Source: Bacteroidota bacterium
GTDB lineage: Bacteria; Bacteroidota; Bacteroidia; JABEUT01
Direction of reading: 5' to 3'
Assembly: GCA_021823405.1 (NCBI GenBank)
Contig: JAKAOA010000001.1
Span: 43,628-107,627, forward strand
Length of the DNA stretch: 64,000 nt
Positions 9,965-19,138 of the stretch are shown here, piece by piece. The notes under the pieces are model-generated. The model was not told where the DNA came from. It did no database searches and saw nothing but the letters and a program-made list of their open reading frames with translations. Made by a program: the position numbers and the translations under genes. Numbering within the stretch: position 1 is the stretch's first letter; every line of letters begins with the position of its first letter.

Positions 9965-11374
9965 TCAGTTCTCGTTATCTTTTATCATTTTAAGCAATAA
10001 TTCTTCCACTTCCCTGCTGTCCCATTTACGTTCAATATCGGGTACGGCGAGAATTTTTTTCATAACTGCATCTTGTTTTGCACCCATCGCCAGGGCTTTG
10101 CTATAAGGTATATCGCTGAAAGTTACCATGGAATAAAGCGGTATCCAGAGGTCGGGATGAAGTGCACTGAAGCGGGCTTCTATCTTTTTTTGCAGGATGA
10201 AATCGGGGTGGGTGACCAGGTCGCGCATTTCAATAAAGTTGGCGACAGCCAGGTCGGCTATCGCATCGGCATTGGGTTTGCGCGCCTGCTGAAATTCCTT
10301 AGTTATGTTGCGCCATATTTCCCTGTCGTTGGCGTGCAATGCCTTGGACTGTTCGCTAAAATGGCGTTCCATAATCTGTTCCAATACAGTACAATCCTCA
10401 AAGCCGCAGTTCATACCTTGACCATAGAAGGGCACTACCCCGTGAGCCGCGTCGCCCAAAAGAGTTATTCTATCATCCGGCGACCACGGATAGCAACGTA
10501 TGGTTACGAGCGAGGCGGTAGGGTTACTGAAAAAGTCCTCCAACAGAGTTGGCATAACCGGCACAGCATCAGGGAATGTTTGCGTAAAAAATTTCTTTAC
10601 TTTATCAGGCGTATCTAGCGATGCGAACGACTCTTTTCCTTCAAACGGAAAAAACAGGGTACACGTAAAACTGCCATCAATGTTGGGTAGGGCTATCATC
10701 ATAAAAGTACCGCGCGCCCATATATGCAGACCGTTTTTATCGAAGGCGAAATCGCCGTTTTTCTTCGGTGGTATAAGTAACTCCTTGTAGCCATAGTCGA
10801 GGTAGCGCTGCGAATACTCAAACCTGTCTGTGGTGAGCTGCAAATGCAGCCGTACTGCCGAAAAGGCGCCATCCGCTCCGAATATTCGTTTGGCATTAAC
10901 AGTTGTTTCACCTGTTGAATTAACATCTGTGAGCCGCAGCTGCACATCATCATTATCGTGTAGCGATATGCCAGTGCAACGTTGATTAAAATGTATGGCA
11001 GCGCCATGTTTTTCGGCAAGGTCCATCAGCATACAGTTAAGCCCGGCGCGGGAAACGGAGAATATCGCCTGACCTTCCTTCCCGTAAGGCATAAATTGGG
11101 TATTGCCAACTTTATCATGCACCATGCGCCCCTTCATAGGTATGGCAATTTTTCTTATATCATCGTCTATGCCTACACCCTGTAATGCTTTCCAGCCGCG
11201 ATCCGAAAGAGCCAGATTAATGGATTTTCCGGCGGATATTTTCTGCTTTCGCATATCTCCGCGCCGCTCGTAAACCTCGGTTTTATACCCCCGCTTGCCA
11301 AGGTATATCGCCAGCAGAGAGCCCACAAGTCCCGCCCCGACTATTGCATAAGATTTTTCTGTCGTAATATTCAT
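9965..11374 (-). CDS. kmo: Kynurenine 3-monooxygenase (FAD-dependent)
   Basis: Collinear with eukaryotic and Cytophaga KMO. GAGLVGSL FAD motif is present, together with SINLALSDRG, FMMIALPN, LLGDAAHGVVPFYGQGMNCGFEDC. Confidence 0.85.
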   Translation of the reverse strand: MNITTEKSYAIVGAGLVGSLLAIYLGKRGYKTEVYERRGDMRKQKISAGKSINLALSDRGWKALQGVGIDDDIRKIAIPMKGRMVHDKVGNTQFMPYGKEGQAIFSVSRAGLNCMLMDLAEKHGAAIHFNQRCTGISLHDNDDVQLRLTDVNSTGETTVNAKRIFGADGAFSAVRLHLQLTTDRFEYSQRYLDYGYKELLIPPKKNGDFAFDKNGLHIWARGTFMMIALPNIDGSFTCTLFFPFEGKESFASLDTPDKVKKFFTQTFPDAVPVMPTLLEDFFSNPTASLVTIRCYPWSPDDRITLLGDAAHGVVPFYGQGMNCGFEDCTVLEQIMERHFSEQSKALHANDREIWRNITKEFQQARKPNADAIADLAVANFIEMRDLVTHPDFILQKKIEARFSALHPDLWIPLYSMVTFSDIPYSKALAMGAKQDAVMKKILAVPDIERKWDSREVEELLLKMIKDNEN

Positions 11375-11613
11375 TCGTTCTCTTTTAACCGTTAACCGGA
11401 CGCAGTATTATAAGTTTCATGCCTTTTAGTGAATGGATTTATTATGACAATGATGATAATATATAAAAATACCCCATCCAGTAAACATCTGCAAAAATAG
11501 ATACTTTTAACCAAAGCCGTGCCGAATAATTCATCACGTCTGTTATCTCTATCCGGCTTATCAGACAAACTATCAAACAAATTCCCAATAAAGAGTCAGT
11601 CATATCCATATCA

Positions 11614-11993
11614 TCATACTCGCTACCTTATATAGTGTGTGCATAAAAATGGCACACCACGCCGGTAGGCGGGCATGCTTTGGCATGGCTTCGGGGTAAA
11701 AAGTGTCCAAATCACTTATTTTTATATCCGCTTCCATAATATAGTGTGTAGATAAATTTTGGACAGTTTTGCACAGGTTCCCTATAAAAAGTGTCCAAAT
11801 TTGCCGCTCTTGTTGTTCCCGACAGGGGTATTCTGTATGAATTGAACCTGTATAAATGACCACCTGCTGCTATTGAATTGAACGGGTTAACACTTTTCCG
11901 CCTTCTAAAAATCATAATATGTTGATTATCTATTTTATTCAATTTAAAACAGCTCAAAATCTGTTAACCCGTGTCAACCCGTTAGATCTACCA
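11614..11993. repeat. Right inverted-repeat arm block 'Y': a leader, one full 88 bp unit and a degenerate terminal unit, in inverted orientation
   Basis: Its reverse complement aligns to 2526-3069 at roughly 85-90% identity outside the unit-number difference. Confidence 0.85.
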
Positions 11994-11999
11994 CTGTTG

Positions 12000-12019
12000 A
12001 ACCCGATAGCTATCGGGTT
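12000..12019. repeat. REP-like palindromic element, subtype 1 (AACCCGATAGCTATCGGGTT)
   Basis: Perfect 20 bp palindrome with the flank ttg...gccaaaattca. Member of the 7-copy family. Confidence 0.8.
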
Positions 12020-12073
12020 GCCAAAATTCACAAACCCTGTTAAGCATAGTTTAGTGAATAGTGGGAGTTGGGC

Positions 12074-12093
12074 GTCCCGATAGCTATCGGGAC
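12074..12093. repeat. REP-like palindromic element, subtype 2 (GTCCCGATAGCTATCGGGAC)
   Basis: Perfect 20 bp palindrome followed by gtgaaaagcgcaaa. Confidence 0.8.
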
Positions 12094-12390
12094 GTGAAAA
12101 GCGCAAACTCATTTGGCAGACATATCTTGCTATATGTGTTTTTGTCATTTAGTATAGAATTTACAACTTTAACTCACCGAAAGAATTCTGTCGTTTTTTG
12201 TCGGAAAATGCGTATTTTTTCATATTGCCGGTAGGGTATATTTTCAGATATTTTAATGCAACATATTGATTTACAGTTATTTTATAAATTTTTGAAAATT
12301 TGACGTTCACAAAATCATTTACAGGCACTATATTTTCTTTTCTCAAAATCATTTTCCACTATTTATTTTCTGAATTATAATTGTGTCTTT

Positions 12391-12472
12391 CATAGTTTAT
12401 ATCTCATAGTTCATCGCTTATAACTTATAGCTTCAGAGCGCAAATATATACATTATTTATTACATATTACAT
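12391..12472. repeat. AT-rich block 'X' of the right inverted-repeat arm
   Basis: Reverse complement matches 2306-2396 (see the left-arm X feature). Confidence 0.7.
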
Positions 12473-12737
12473 ATATTGATAATATATTTATTAACAATCG
12501 ACTTCACTCTGCCCTCTCGTTTTGCAAAGAGAGGTGGGAGGTAAAAGGGATTAGCTTTGTCCTATTGAAGATGTTGTCCTTTTATATTTTGGTAAGTTTT
12601 ATAGCTAAAAAGCCGCTGACTGGGATTAATCAGTGCAAATGAATAAAGTCAGATAAAAATTGACATAAGGAATTATACGGATCGTAAGTTATTTAATCTC
12701 AAAGTTTTCATAGTCCATTCGAGTTTAAACAATTAGC

Positions 12738-12766
12738 AGAAAAAAAGGCGGGTAAAAACCCGCCCT
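12738..12766 (-). terminator. Rho-independent terminator downstream of hsp20
   Basis: On the minus strand the stem GGCGGGT / ACCCGCC with a 4-nt loop is followed by a T7 tract. Confidence 0.7.
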
Positions 12767-12776
12767 TTAAAAACTG

Positions 12777-13238
12777 TTATCCAATTTCTATAACACGGGA
12801 AGTGTTAATCTTGGTTTCAGTTGATTTTGGCACGGTGATATGCAATATACCATCCTTGTAAGCTGCCGATATTTTGTCCTTTACCACCGTATCTTTAGGA
12901 ATCTGGAAGGAGCGTTGAAATGATTCAAAGCTGAACTCCCTGCGGGTGTAGTTACCTTCCTTGTCACTTTCTTCCTTGCCGTCTTCCTTGTGCCCTGAAA
13001 TTGTCAGCATGTCATTGTCAAGCTCAACTTTAAAGTTGTTCCTTTCAAGACCGGGGGCGGCTACTTCCACCTCATAACTCTTTTCTGTTTCGCGGATGTT
13101 CACTGATGGTACGCTTGCATTACCTGCCAGTCGGTTGAAAGACCAGTCAAAAATGTCCCTGTTGAATAATTCATCTAATACAGATGGAAATTCCGGGAGC
13201 AAGCTCCTGCTGTGATTTGATTTTACAAGTGTTTTCAT
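12777..13238 (-). CDS. Hsp20/alpha-crystallin family small heat-shock protein
   Basis: Alpha-crystallin domain (VNIRETEKSYEVEVAAPGLERNNFKVELDNDMLTISG ... AAYKDGILHITVPK). Confidence 0.9.
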   Translation of the reverse strand: MKTLVKSNHSRSLLPEFPSVLDELFNRDIFDWSFNRLAGNASVPSVNIRETEKSYEVEVAAPGLERNNFKVELDNDMLTISGHKEDGKEESDKEGNYTRREFSFESFQRSFQIPKDTVVKDKISAAYKDGILHITVPKSTETKINTSRVIEIG

Positions 13239-13442
13239 AATTAGTCCTCCTTAATTTTATGTCTGCCACTTTCTATTTTTAATGACAGACGGGTTAAACA
13301 TTAAATTGAATTAATCATAAATAAGATTGCAATCTTGATTTGATTACTATCAAAACCTTTGCCAGAAAATTTATGACAAAAGTTAAAAAGTGTTAATCAA
13401 AATTCGGCAGAAAATATGTCTTGTGCAAAACGACCATAATTG

Positions 13443-13462
13443 AACCAGATAGCTATCAGGAC
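13443..13462. repeat. REP-like palindromic element, subtype 2, slightly degenerate (AACCAGATAGCTATCAGGAC)
   Basis: Carries the core ...GATAGCTATC... and the downstream motif gcaatcgcaaaat shared with 12094 and 26240. Sits in the hsp20/pirin divergent promoter region. Confidence 0.65.
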
Positions 13463-13637
13463 GCAATCGCAAAATTACTTGCGCACAATGTAATATCTTC
13501 GTTTCATTTTATAGTCAGATCTTTCCATGCCAAATTCTATTTTATATTCTTGCAATTTATCATTTCTTAATCTACATTAAGGAAAAGTTCTATCCGGTAT
13601 ATCTATTTTTGTCGCCGAATTTAGCGGAAACAATAGT

Positions 13638-14519
13638 ATGGAAATTATTGAACAAGGCATGAAAACAAGAACTGTACAGCAAATTACGAAAGCATTGCCC
13701 CAAATTATGGGCGATGATACAATCTACCAGCCATTCCCAAGCCACGCCCTGCAGCACGTTGACCCGTTCATATTACTGCACCACTGGGGTCCATACACCT
13801 TTCAGCCCGAAAATGACGCCTTTTCGGTAGGCGCGCATCCGCATCGCGGTTTTGAACCTGTTACCTTTATCTTTCAGGGTGAAGTTCACCACCGCGACTC
13901 TATGGGAAACGACAGCATTATAAAAGAGGGAGGCATACAATGGATGACCGCAGGCAGAGGCGTAATGCATTCCGAAACCGGTACCGACGAATTTCATAAG
14001 AAGGGCGGTAATTTTGAAATTATACAGGTTTGGATGAACCTGCCTAAGAAATTGAAAATGGCTGAACCATTTTATCAGGGTTACCAGTCAGACCAAATCC
14101 CAACTCTTTTTCAGGACGGGAAGAAGGTGGAATTAAAAATCGCCTCCGGTAAATACCGGAATATTGCAGGTCCCGTTAAATCGCCTACGGATATAAACTC
14201 CTTCATGATATATATGCAAGAAAACGGAAGAGCTGAAATTGAACTGGAAGAACAAAAAAATGTAATGCTCTACTTGCTCGATGGTTCGGTTAACGTGAAT
14301 AATACAAGTATAAAATCGGCAAGGAACGCTATAACATTCCGGAATGATGGAACGCTAATTAATATTGAGGCAACGGGCAAAAGTAAACTGCTGTTGCTTG
14401 CCGGTAACCCGATAAACGAACCGGTGGCGCAATATGGTCCCTTCGTTATGAATACGCGTGAGGAACTAAATCTTGCTTTTGAGGACTTTTACAATGGCAA
14501 AATGGGAACTTTAAAATGA
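13638..14519 (+). CDS. Pirin family protein (bicupin)
   Basis: HPHRGFEPVTFIFQGEVHHRDSMGN metal-binding cupin motif. 293 aa. Confidence 0.9.
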   Translation: MEIIEQGMKTRTVQQITKALPQIMGDDTIYQPFPSHALQHVDPFILLHHWGPYTFQPENDAFSVGAHPHRGFEPVTFIFQGEVHHRDSMGNDSIIKEGGIQWMTAGRGVMHSETGTDEFHKKGGNFEIIQVWMNLPKKLKMAEPFYQGYQSDQIPTLFQDGKKVELKIASGKYRNIAGPVKSPTDINSFMIYMQENGRAEIELEEQKNVMLYLLDGSVNVNNTSIKSARNAITFRNDGTLINIEATGKSKLLLLAGNPINEPVAQYGPFVMNTREELNLAFEDFYNGKMGTLK

Positions 14520-14549
14520 TTATTAAACGCTTAAAAAAATCAACCATAT

Positions 14550-14999
14550 ATGTTACAGAAAATAATTAAATCATCTCCCGGTTACGACAGGACTGTTCTC
14601 CGGCTTACATTAGGAATTGTGTTACTTGCGCATGGATCGCAAAAAATGCTTGGCCTGTTTGGCGGCTACGGTTTCGTTGGAACTTTAAACGCTTTTAGTC
14701 AATATATGCATATTGCGGCGCCCGTTACTGTAATGGTGATCTTCATAGAATTTTTCGGTTCGCTCATGCTTATCAGCGGACTGTTCACCCGCATAGCAGC
14801 GCTGGGTGTATTGGGATTATTCACCGGAATACTTTTTATTACCGCTCCCCATTCTGGATTTTTTATGAATTGGGAAGGCATAGCCAAACCGGAGGGTTTT
14901 GAATATGAGATTCTCGTACTCGGAATGGCGCTAACCCTGCTGATTGGCGGCGGCGGTTCTTTTGCAATGGAAAATAAATTCGCCATCAATAATAATTAA
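14550..14999 (+). CDS. DoxX family membrane protein
   Basis: About 150 aa with 4 TM helices and a DoxX-like hydrophobic pattern. Located between pirin and YceI, a recurrent arrangement. Confidence 0.65.
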   Translation: MLQKIIKSSPGYDRTVLRLTLGIVLLAHGSQKMLGLFGGYGFVGTLNAFSQYMHIAAPVTVMVIFIEFFGSLMLISGLFTRIAALGVLGLFTGILFITAPHSGFFMNWEGIAKPEGFEYEILVLGMALTLLIGGGGSFAMENKFAINNN

Positions 15000-15022
15000 C
15001 AACAACTAAAACAAAACAAGTT

Positions 15023-15550
15023 ATGACTAAATGGAAGATTGACACAGCACACAGCCAAATCCAATTTAAGGTGAAACACCTTGTGGTAACAACAGTATCA
15101 GGAACGTTCGGAAAATTTGACGCCGGGATGGACTGGTCAGGCGGCGACCTTACTGATGCCAAAATAAATTTTACTGCCGAGGTTGACAGCATTAATACCG
15201 GCAATGCTCAACGAGACGGGCATCTTAAAGCGGAGGACTTTTTTAACGCTTCAAAATATCCCGAAATAAAATTTGTCTCTAAGTCGGTAAAAAAGATTGA
15301 CAACGAAAATTATAAGGTTGAAGGAGACCTGTCGCTCCGCGATGTTACAAAACCGGTTACCTTGAATGTGGTGTACGGCGGAACTGTTAAGAACCCCTAT
15401 AACATGATAGTAGCGGGATTTGACATTACCGGGAAAATTAACCGCAGCGATTTCGGACTGAAGTGGACGGCTTCCACTGAAGCCGGTCAGCTGGTGGTAA
15501 GCGACGATGTGCGCCTTGACATAACAGTTGAAATGATTCAGCAGAATTAA
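15023..15550 (+). CDS. YceI family periplasmic polyisoprenoid-binding protein
   Basis: WKIDTAHSQIQFKVKHLVVTTVSGTF YceI signature. 175 aa. Confidence 0.85.
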   Translation: MTKWKIDTAHSQIQFKVKHLVVTTVSGTFGKFDAGMDWSGGDLTDAKINFTAEVDSINTGNAQRDGHLKAEDFFNASKYPEIKFVSKSVKKIDNENYKVEGDLSLRDVTKPVTLNVVYGGTVKNPYNMIVAGFDITGKINRSDFGLKWTASTEAGQLVVSDDVRLDITVEMIQQN

Positions 15551-15803
15551 TAATCGCTTAGTCGCATTATCGATCAAAGAGAAATTTGAATTGCAAATTA
15601 TTCCATAGTTCAATTTCTCCATACTGCTGTGAATCCTTTATTGACAAAGCATTTCGGGTTGTGATGAAAATAAGTTCCGTCATACTATTCAAACTTCGAA
15701 TTGCGCTTATCAACATTTGAGTGTTAGTAATATGCTGACAATTATATGCTTTTTAATTTTTTTCTTGCCTATGTTCGTAACATAAATTTAAAATTTAACC
15801 AAC

Positions 15804-15887
15804 ATGGCAACAAAAAAAGCAAAAAAGAAAGCTGCCCCGAAAAAAAAAGCAGCCAAAGCGAAGAAGAAAACTTCGAAAAGGAAATAA
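15804..15887 (+). CDS. Putative 27-aa lysine-rich basic peptide (MATKKAKKKAAPKKKAAKAKKKTSKRK)
   Basis: ATG..TAA ORF not listed in the ORF track because it is under 60 aa. It is followed immediately by a strong terminator. Contains an A9 homopolymer. Confidence 0.3.
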   Translation: MATKKAKKKAAPKKKAAKAKKKTSKRK

Positions 15888-15890
15888 AGA

Positions 15891-15920
15891 AAAACCCCGC
15901 ATTATTGCGGGGTTTTTTTT
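15891..15920. terminator. Bidirectional rho-independent terminator (CCCCGCA-ttat-TGCGGGG + T8, A-tract on the other side)
   Basis: Perfect 7 bp GC stem flanked by an A-run and a T-run. Lies between the small ORF (+) and the recG stop (-). Confidence 0.8.
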
Positions 15921-15952
15921 ATCCGGTATTTTAAAAGTGATGTAATTACCTG

Positions 15953-18058
15953 TTATGATATTCTGCTCCAGTTTCCCTTTTCCCTATCCATCCGGAATAG
16001 TTGCTGCGCTATAATTTTATTTTTATCCATCGTCAGTCCTGGATCCTCATTTAAAATTTCACCTGCGATAATTCTTGCCTGACTGACTAAAACTCCGTCT
16101 CGTGCAATATCCGATATTTTCAGATCAAGAATACCGCTTTGTTGGGTTCCGGTTATGTCACCCGGACCTCGCAATCGTAAATCCTGTTCCGAAATTTCAA
16201 ATCCGTCTCCGGTACGAACTATTGTATCTATTCTCGTTCTTGCGTCGGCGCCAAGTTTAAAGGGAGTCATAAGTATGCAATAGCTCTGGTATGCACTTCT
16301 TCCCACTCTGCCGCGTAGCTGATGCAATTGCGATAAGCCGAAACGTTGAGCGCTTTCTATCAGTATTACTCCTGCATTGGGAACATTTACTCCGACTTCA
16401 ATGATGGTTGTGGCAACAAGGATATGAATTTCATTTTTTGCAAAAAGCTGCATTATTTTTTCTCTCTCCGCTAATTTTATCTTCCCATGTATCATCGCCG
16501 TTCGGTGCATCGGAAATGCTTTGCATACTTCTTCGTAGCCGTTTACCAGATTCTCAAGGTCGTTCTTTTCCGATTCGTCAATAAGCGGATAAATAATATA
16601 TGCCTGTCTGCCTTGTTGTAACTCCTTTCTGATAAATGCATATACTTCGCTTCGTCTGTTATCATAGCGATGTACTGTTTTAACGGGCTTCCTGCCGGGC
16701 GGCATCTCATCAATTACCGATACGTTTAAGTCGCCGTAGAAGGTCATGGCAAGTGTTCTCGGAATGGGCGTGGCGGTCATAATGAGAACATGAGGGACGG
16801 CTTCGCTCTTTTGCCACAGACGCGCACGTTGTTCCACTCCAAAACGGTGCTGTTCATCTATGACTACCAGTCCGAGTTTATTAAATTTCACAGCGTCCTC
16901 TACTAATGCATGGGTGCCGATAATGATTTGCAATACACCGGCGCCAAGTTTCTCCAGTATTTTTTTCCTTCCGCTTTTTTTAGTCGAACCGGTTATGATA
17001 TCTACTTCAACAGACAAATTACCTAAGAATTCTTTTAACGTGGCGTAGTGTTGCATAGCAAGTATTTCGGTTGGCGCCATAAGGCAGCACTGGTAACCGT
17101 TATCAATAGCAAGAAGCATACTAAGCAGAGCAACAAGCGTTTTCCCGCTGCCTACATCGCCTTGTAATAGCCGGTTCATCTGTTTACCGGTGCCCATGTC
17201 GCGGTGAATCTCCTTCACCACCCTCTTTTGTGCTGTTGTAAGTGGGAACGGCAGGTTGTTATTATAGAATTCGTTGAAGTGGTCACCGACTCTTGGAAAG
17301 ATATAGCCCTTTACCGCCTGTTCCCGAAGAACCTTATGCCTAAGAAGATTGATCTGTAAGTAGAACAGTTCTTCAAATTTCAACCGTCTCTGCGCCTGCA
17401 TTAACATCTCGTTATTCGCCGGCAGATGTATATGCCTGATTGCTTCGCGGCGAGGTAAGAGGTGTAGTTTCTCTATTAGCCAGGCAGGCAGGGTTTCATC
17501 AAGGTGTTTTAATGCCTGCGGTACAAGGGTTCGCTGTAATCGAAGAATGCCTGATGAGTCGAGACCTTTAAGTTTAAGGAGTTCTGTAGCGCTATATACA
17601 GGTTGAAGCCCCTTTAAAAGTTCTTTATTCTCCTCGGTTCCTGCTTCGATAGACGGATGACTAATATTGTATTTACCGTTGAAAATAGCGGGTTTGCCGA
17701 AAACTATATAATCCGTTACGGGACTTAAGGTTTTATTTATCCACTTAATTCCCTGAAACCATACAAGTTCAATGGTACCTGTATCGTCGGTTAGCTCTGC
17801 AACTAACCGCTGCCTACGTTTTTCTCCCAATATTTCGGTTCTCGTTATCTTACCGCATAATTGTATGTAAGGCATCTCCTCCTTTACCTCCTTTATTTTA
17901 TAAAACCTTGTTCTGTCAACATAACGGAAGGGATAAAAATGCAATAAATCGGAAAATGTGTTAATGCTCAATTCCTTTTTTAACGCCTCCGCCCGCTGCG
18001 GACCAACTCCTTTAAGATATTCTATAGGGGTTTCAAGAAAGGAGGTTCCGGCGTTCAT
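15953..18058 (-). CDS. recG: ATP-dependent DNA helicase RecG
   Basis: Wedge domain (LKGVGPQRAE), DEAH helicase motifs (GDVGSGKT, DEQHRFG). Start placed at Met16 of the ORF-track protein to avoid the 32-nt overlap with hemB. The longer start (18103) is possible. Confidence 0.85.
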   Translation of the reverse strand: MNAGTSFLETPIEYLKGVGPQRAEALKKELSINTFSDLLHFYPFRYVDRTRFYKIKEVKEEMPYIQLCGKITRTEILGEKRRQRLVAELTDDTGTIELVWFQGIKWINKTLSPVTDYIVFGKPAIFNGKYNISHPSIEAGTEENKELLKGLQPVYSATELLKLKGLDSSGILRLQRTLVPQALKHLDETLPAWLIEKLHLLPRREAIRHIHLPANNEMLMQAQRRLKFEELFYLQINLLRHKVLREQAVKGYIFPRVGDHFNEFYNNNLPFPLTTAQKRVVKEIHRDMGTGKQMNRLLQGDVGSGKTLVALLSMLLAIDNGYQCCLMAPTEILAMQHYATLKEFLGNLSVEVDIITGSTKKSGRKKILEKLGAGVLQIIIGTHALVEDAVKFNKLGLVVIDEQHRFGVEQRARLWQKSEAVPHVLIMTATPIPRTLAMTFYGDLNVSVIDEMPPGRKPVKTVHRYDNRRSEVYAFIRKELQQGRQAYIIYPLIDESEKNDLENLVNGYEEVCKAFPMHRTAMIHGKIKLAEREKIMQLFAKNEIHILVATTIIEVGVNVPNAGVILIESAQRFGLSQLHQLRGRVGRSAYQSYCILMTPFKLGADARTRIDTIVRTGDGFEISEQDLRLRGPGDITGTQQSGILDLKISDIARDGVLVSQARIIAGEILNEDPGLTMDKNKIIAQQLFRMDREKGNWSRIS

Positions 18059-18071
18059 AAGGTTAACCGGA

Positions 18072-19037
18072 CTACCAGCCGTTTTCCGCAATATCCCTTG
18101 CATGATAGGTGATGATCAGACCGGCGCCGGCTCTTACAAAGGCATGCATGTTTTCCATTACCACGCTCTTTTCATCTATCCATTTACGCCCCGCTGCCGC
18201 TTTAACCATCGAATATTCGCCGGAGACATTATAGCAAGCAATGGGTAACCGGGTGTTATGCCGGAGCCGGTTTACAACATCGAGGTATGCAAGCGCCGGC
18301 TTTACCATCAATACGTCTGCGCCTTCGGCTTCATCCAGAGCTGCTTCCTTCATTGCTTCGTTGGGGTTGCGATAATCCATCTGATATGATTTCCTGTCGC
18401 CAAATTGCGGACTGGAATCGGCGGCTTCGCGAAATGGTCCGTAATATGCTGATGCGAACTTAATGGAGTATGCCATTATCGGGGTATCGGTCAGGTCGGC
18501 ATCATCGAGCGCTTTGCGTATAACCCCCACCCTGCCGTCCATCATGTCGGAAGGCGCCACCATATCGGCTCCCGCTTCGGCGTGAACGAGAGCCATACGG
18601 GCTAATGAAGTAACGGATAAATCATTGTGTACACGTCCATTTTTTACAATGCCGCAATGACCGTGCGAGGTATATGCACAAAGGCATACATCGGTAATGA
18701 CATAGAGTTCGTCTTTGAAATTCTTTTTAAGCAACCGGGTTGCCTGCGCTACCACTGTATCCTTATGGTAGGCAGATTTTCCTTCAGGGCTTTTTTCCTC
18801 GCCCGACCCGAAGAGGAGAATTTTATTAATCCCCTTTTTTAAACCCTTTTCAACATCTTTCATAAGAGTATCGGGGGAGAAATGGTTTATTCCGGGCATG
18901 GAAGATATAGGCGAAATGAGGTTTTTCCCTTTTTCAACAAAATACGGATATATAAGCATATCCTTGTGAAATCGGACTTCGGCTACCATATCGCGTAGGG
19001 CGGCGCTTATTCGGAGACGGCGCGGGCGGATTAACAT
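18072..19037 (-). CDS. hemB: Porphobilinogen synthase (delta-aminolevulinate dehydratase)
   Basis: MLIRPRRLR..., the active-site region around SDMMDGRV, and ...YNVSGEYSM. 321 aa. Confidence 0.9.
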   Translation of the reverse strand: MLIRPRRLRISAALRDMVAEVRFHKDMLIYPYFVEKGKNLISPISSMPGINHFSPDTLMKDVEKGLKKGINKILLFGSGEEKSPEGKSAYHKDTVVAQATRLLKKNFKDELYVITDVCLCAYTSHGHCGIVKNGRVHNDLSVTSLARMALVHAEAGADMVAPSDMMDGRVGVIRKALDDADLTDTPIMAYSIKFASAYYGPFREAADSSPQFGDRKSYQMDYRNPNEAMKEAALDEAEGADVLMVKPALAYLDVVNRLRHNTRLPIACYNVSGEYSMVKAAAGRKWIDEKSVVMENMHAFVRAGAGLIITYHARDIAENGW

Positions 19038-19138
19038 TACATCTAATAATTAAATATCTGACATTCAGAACTGAAAATTGCAAGCAAAGATACTACTGAA
19101 AAGATACCACGAATCTCATACAAATTTAATAAAAAATC

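Noticed and set aside
3069-11614. The IR-bounded 8.5 kb segment interpreted as a composite transposon, integrative element or tRNA-targeted island
   Set aside because: No transposase, integrase or conjugation gene lies inside. Gene content is core metabolism and repair. tRNA-Lys is internal rather than at a boundary. I could not identify target-site duplications. Inversion or duplication history remains possible (see findings).
18058-18103. Longer recG start (18103) overlapping hemB by 32 nt
   Set aside because: The conserved RecG N-terminus aligns better from the internal Met (18058), and that start removes the overlap. The longer form is not excluded.
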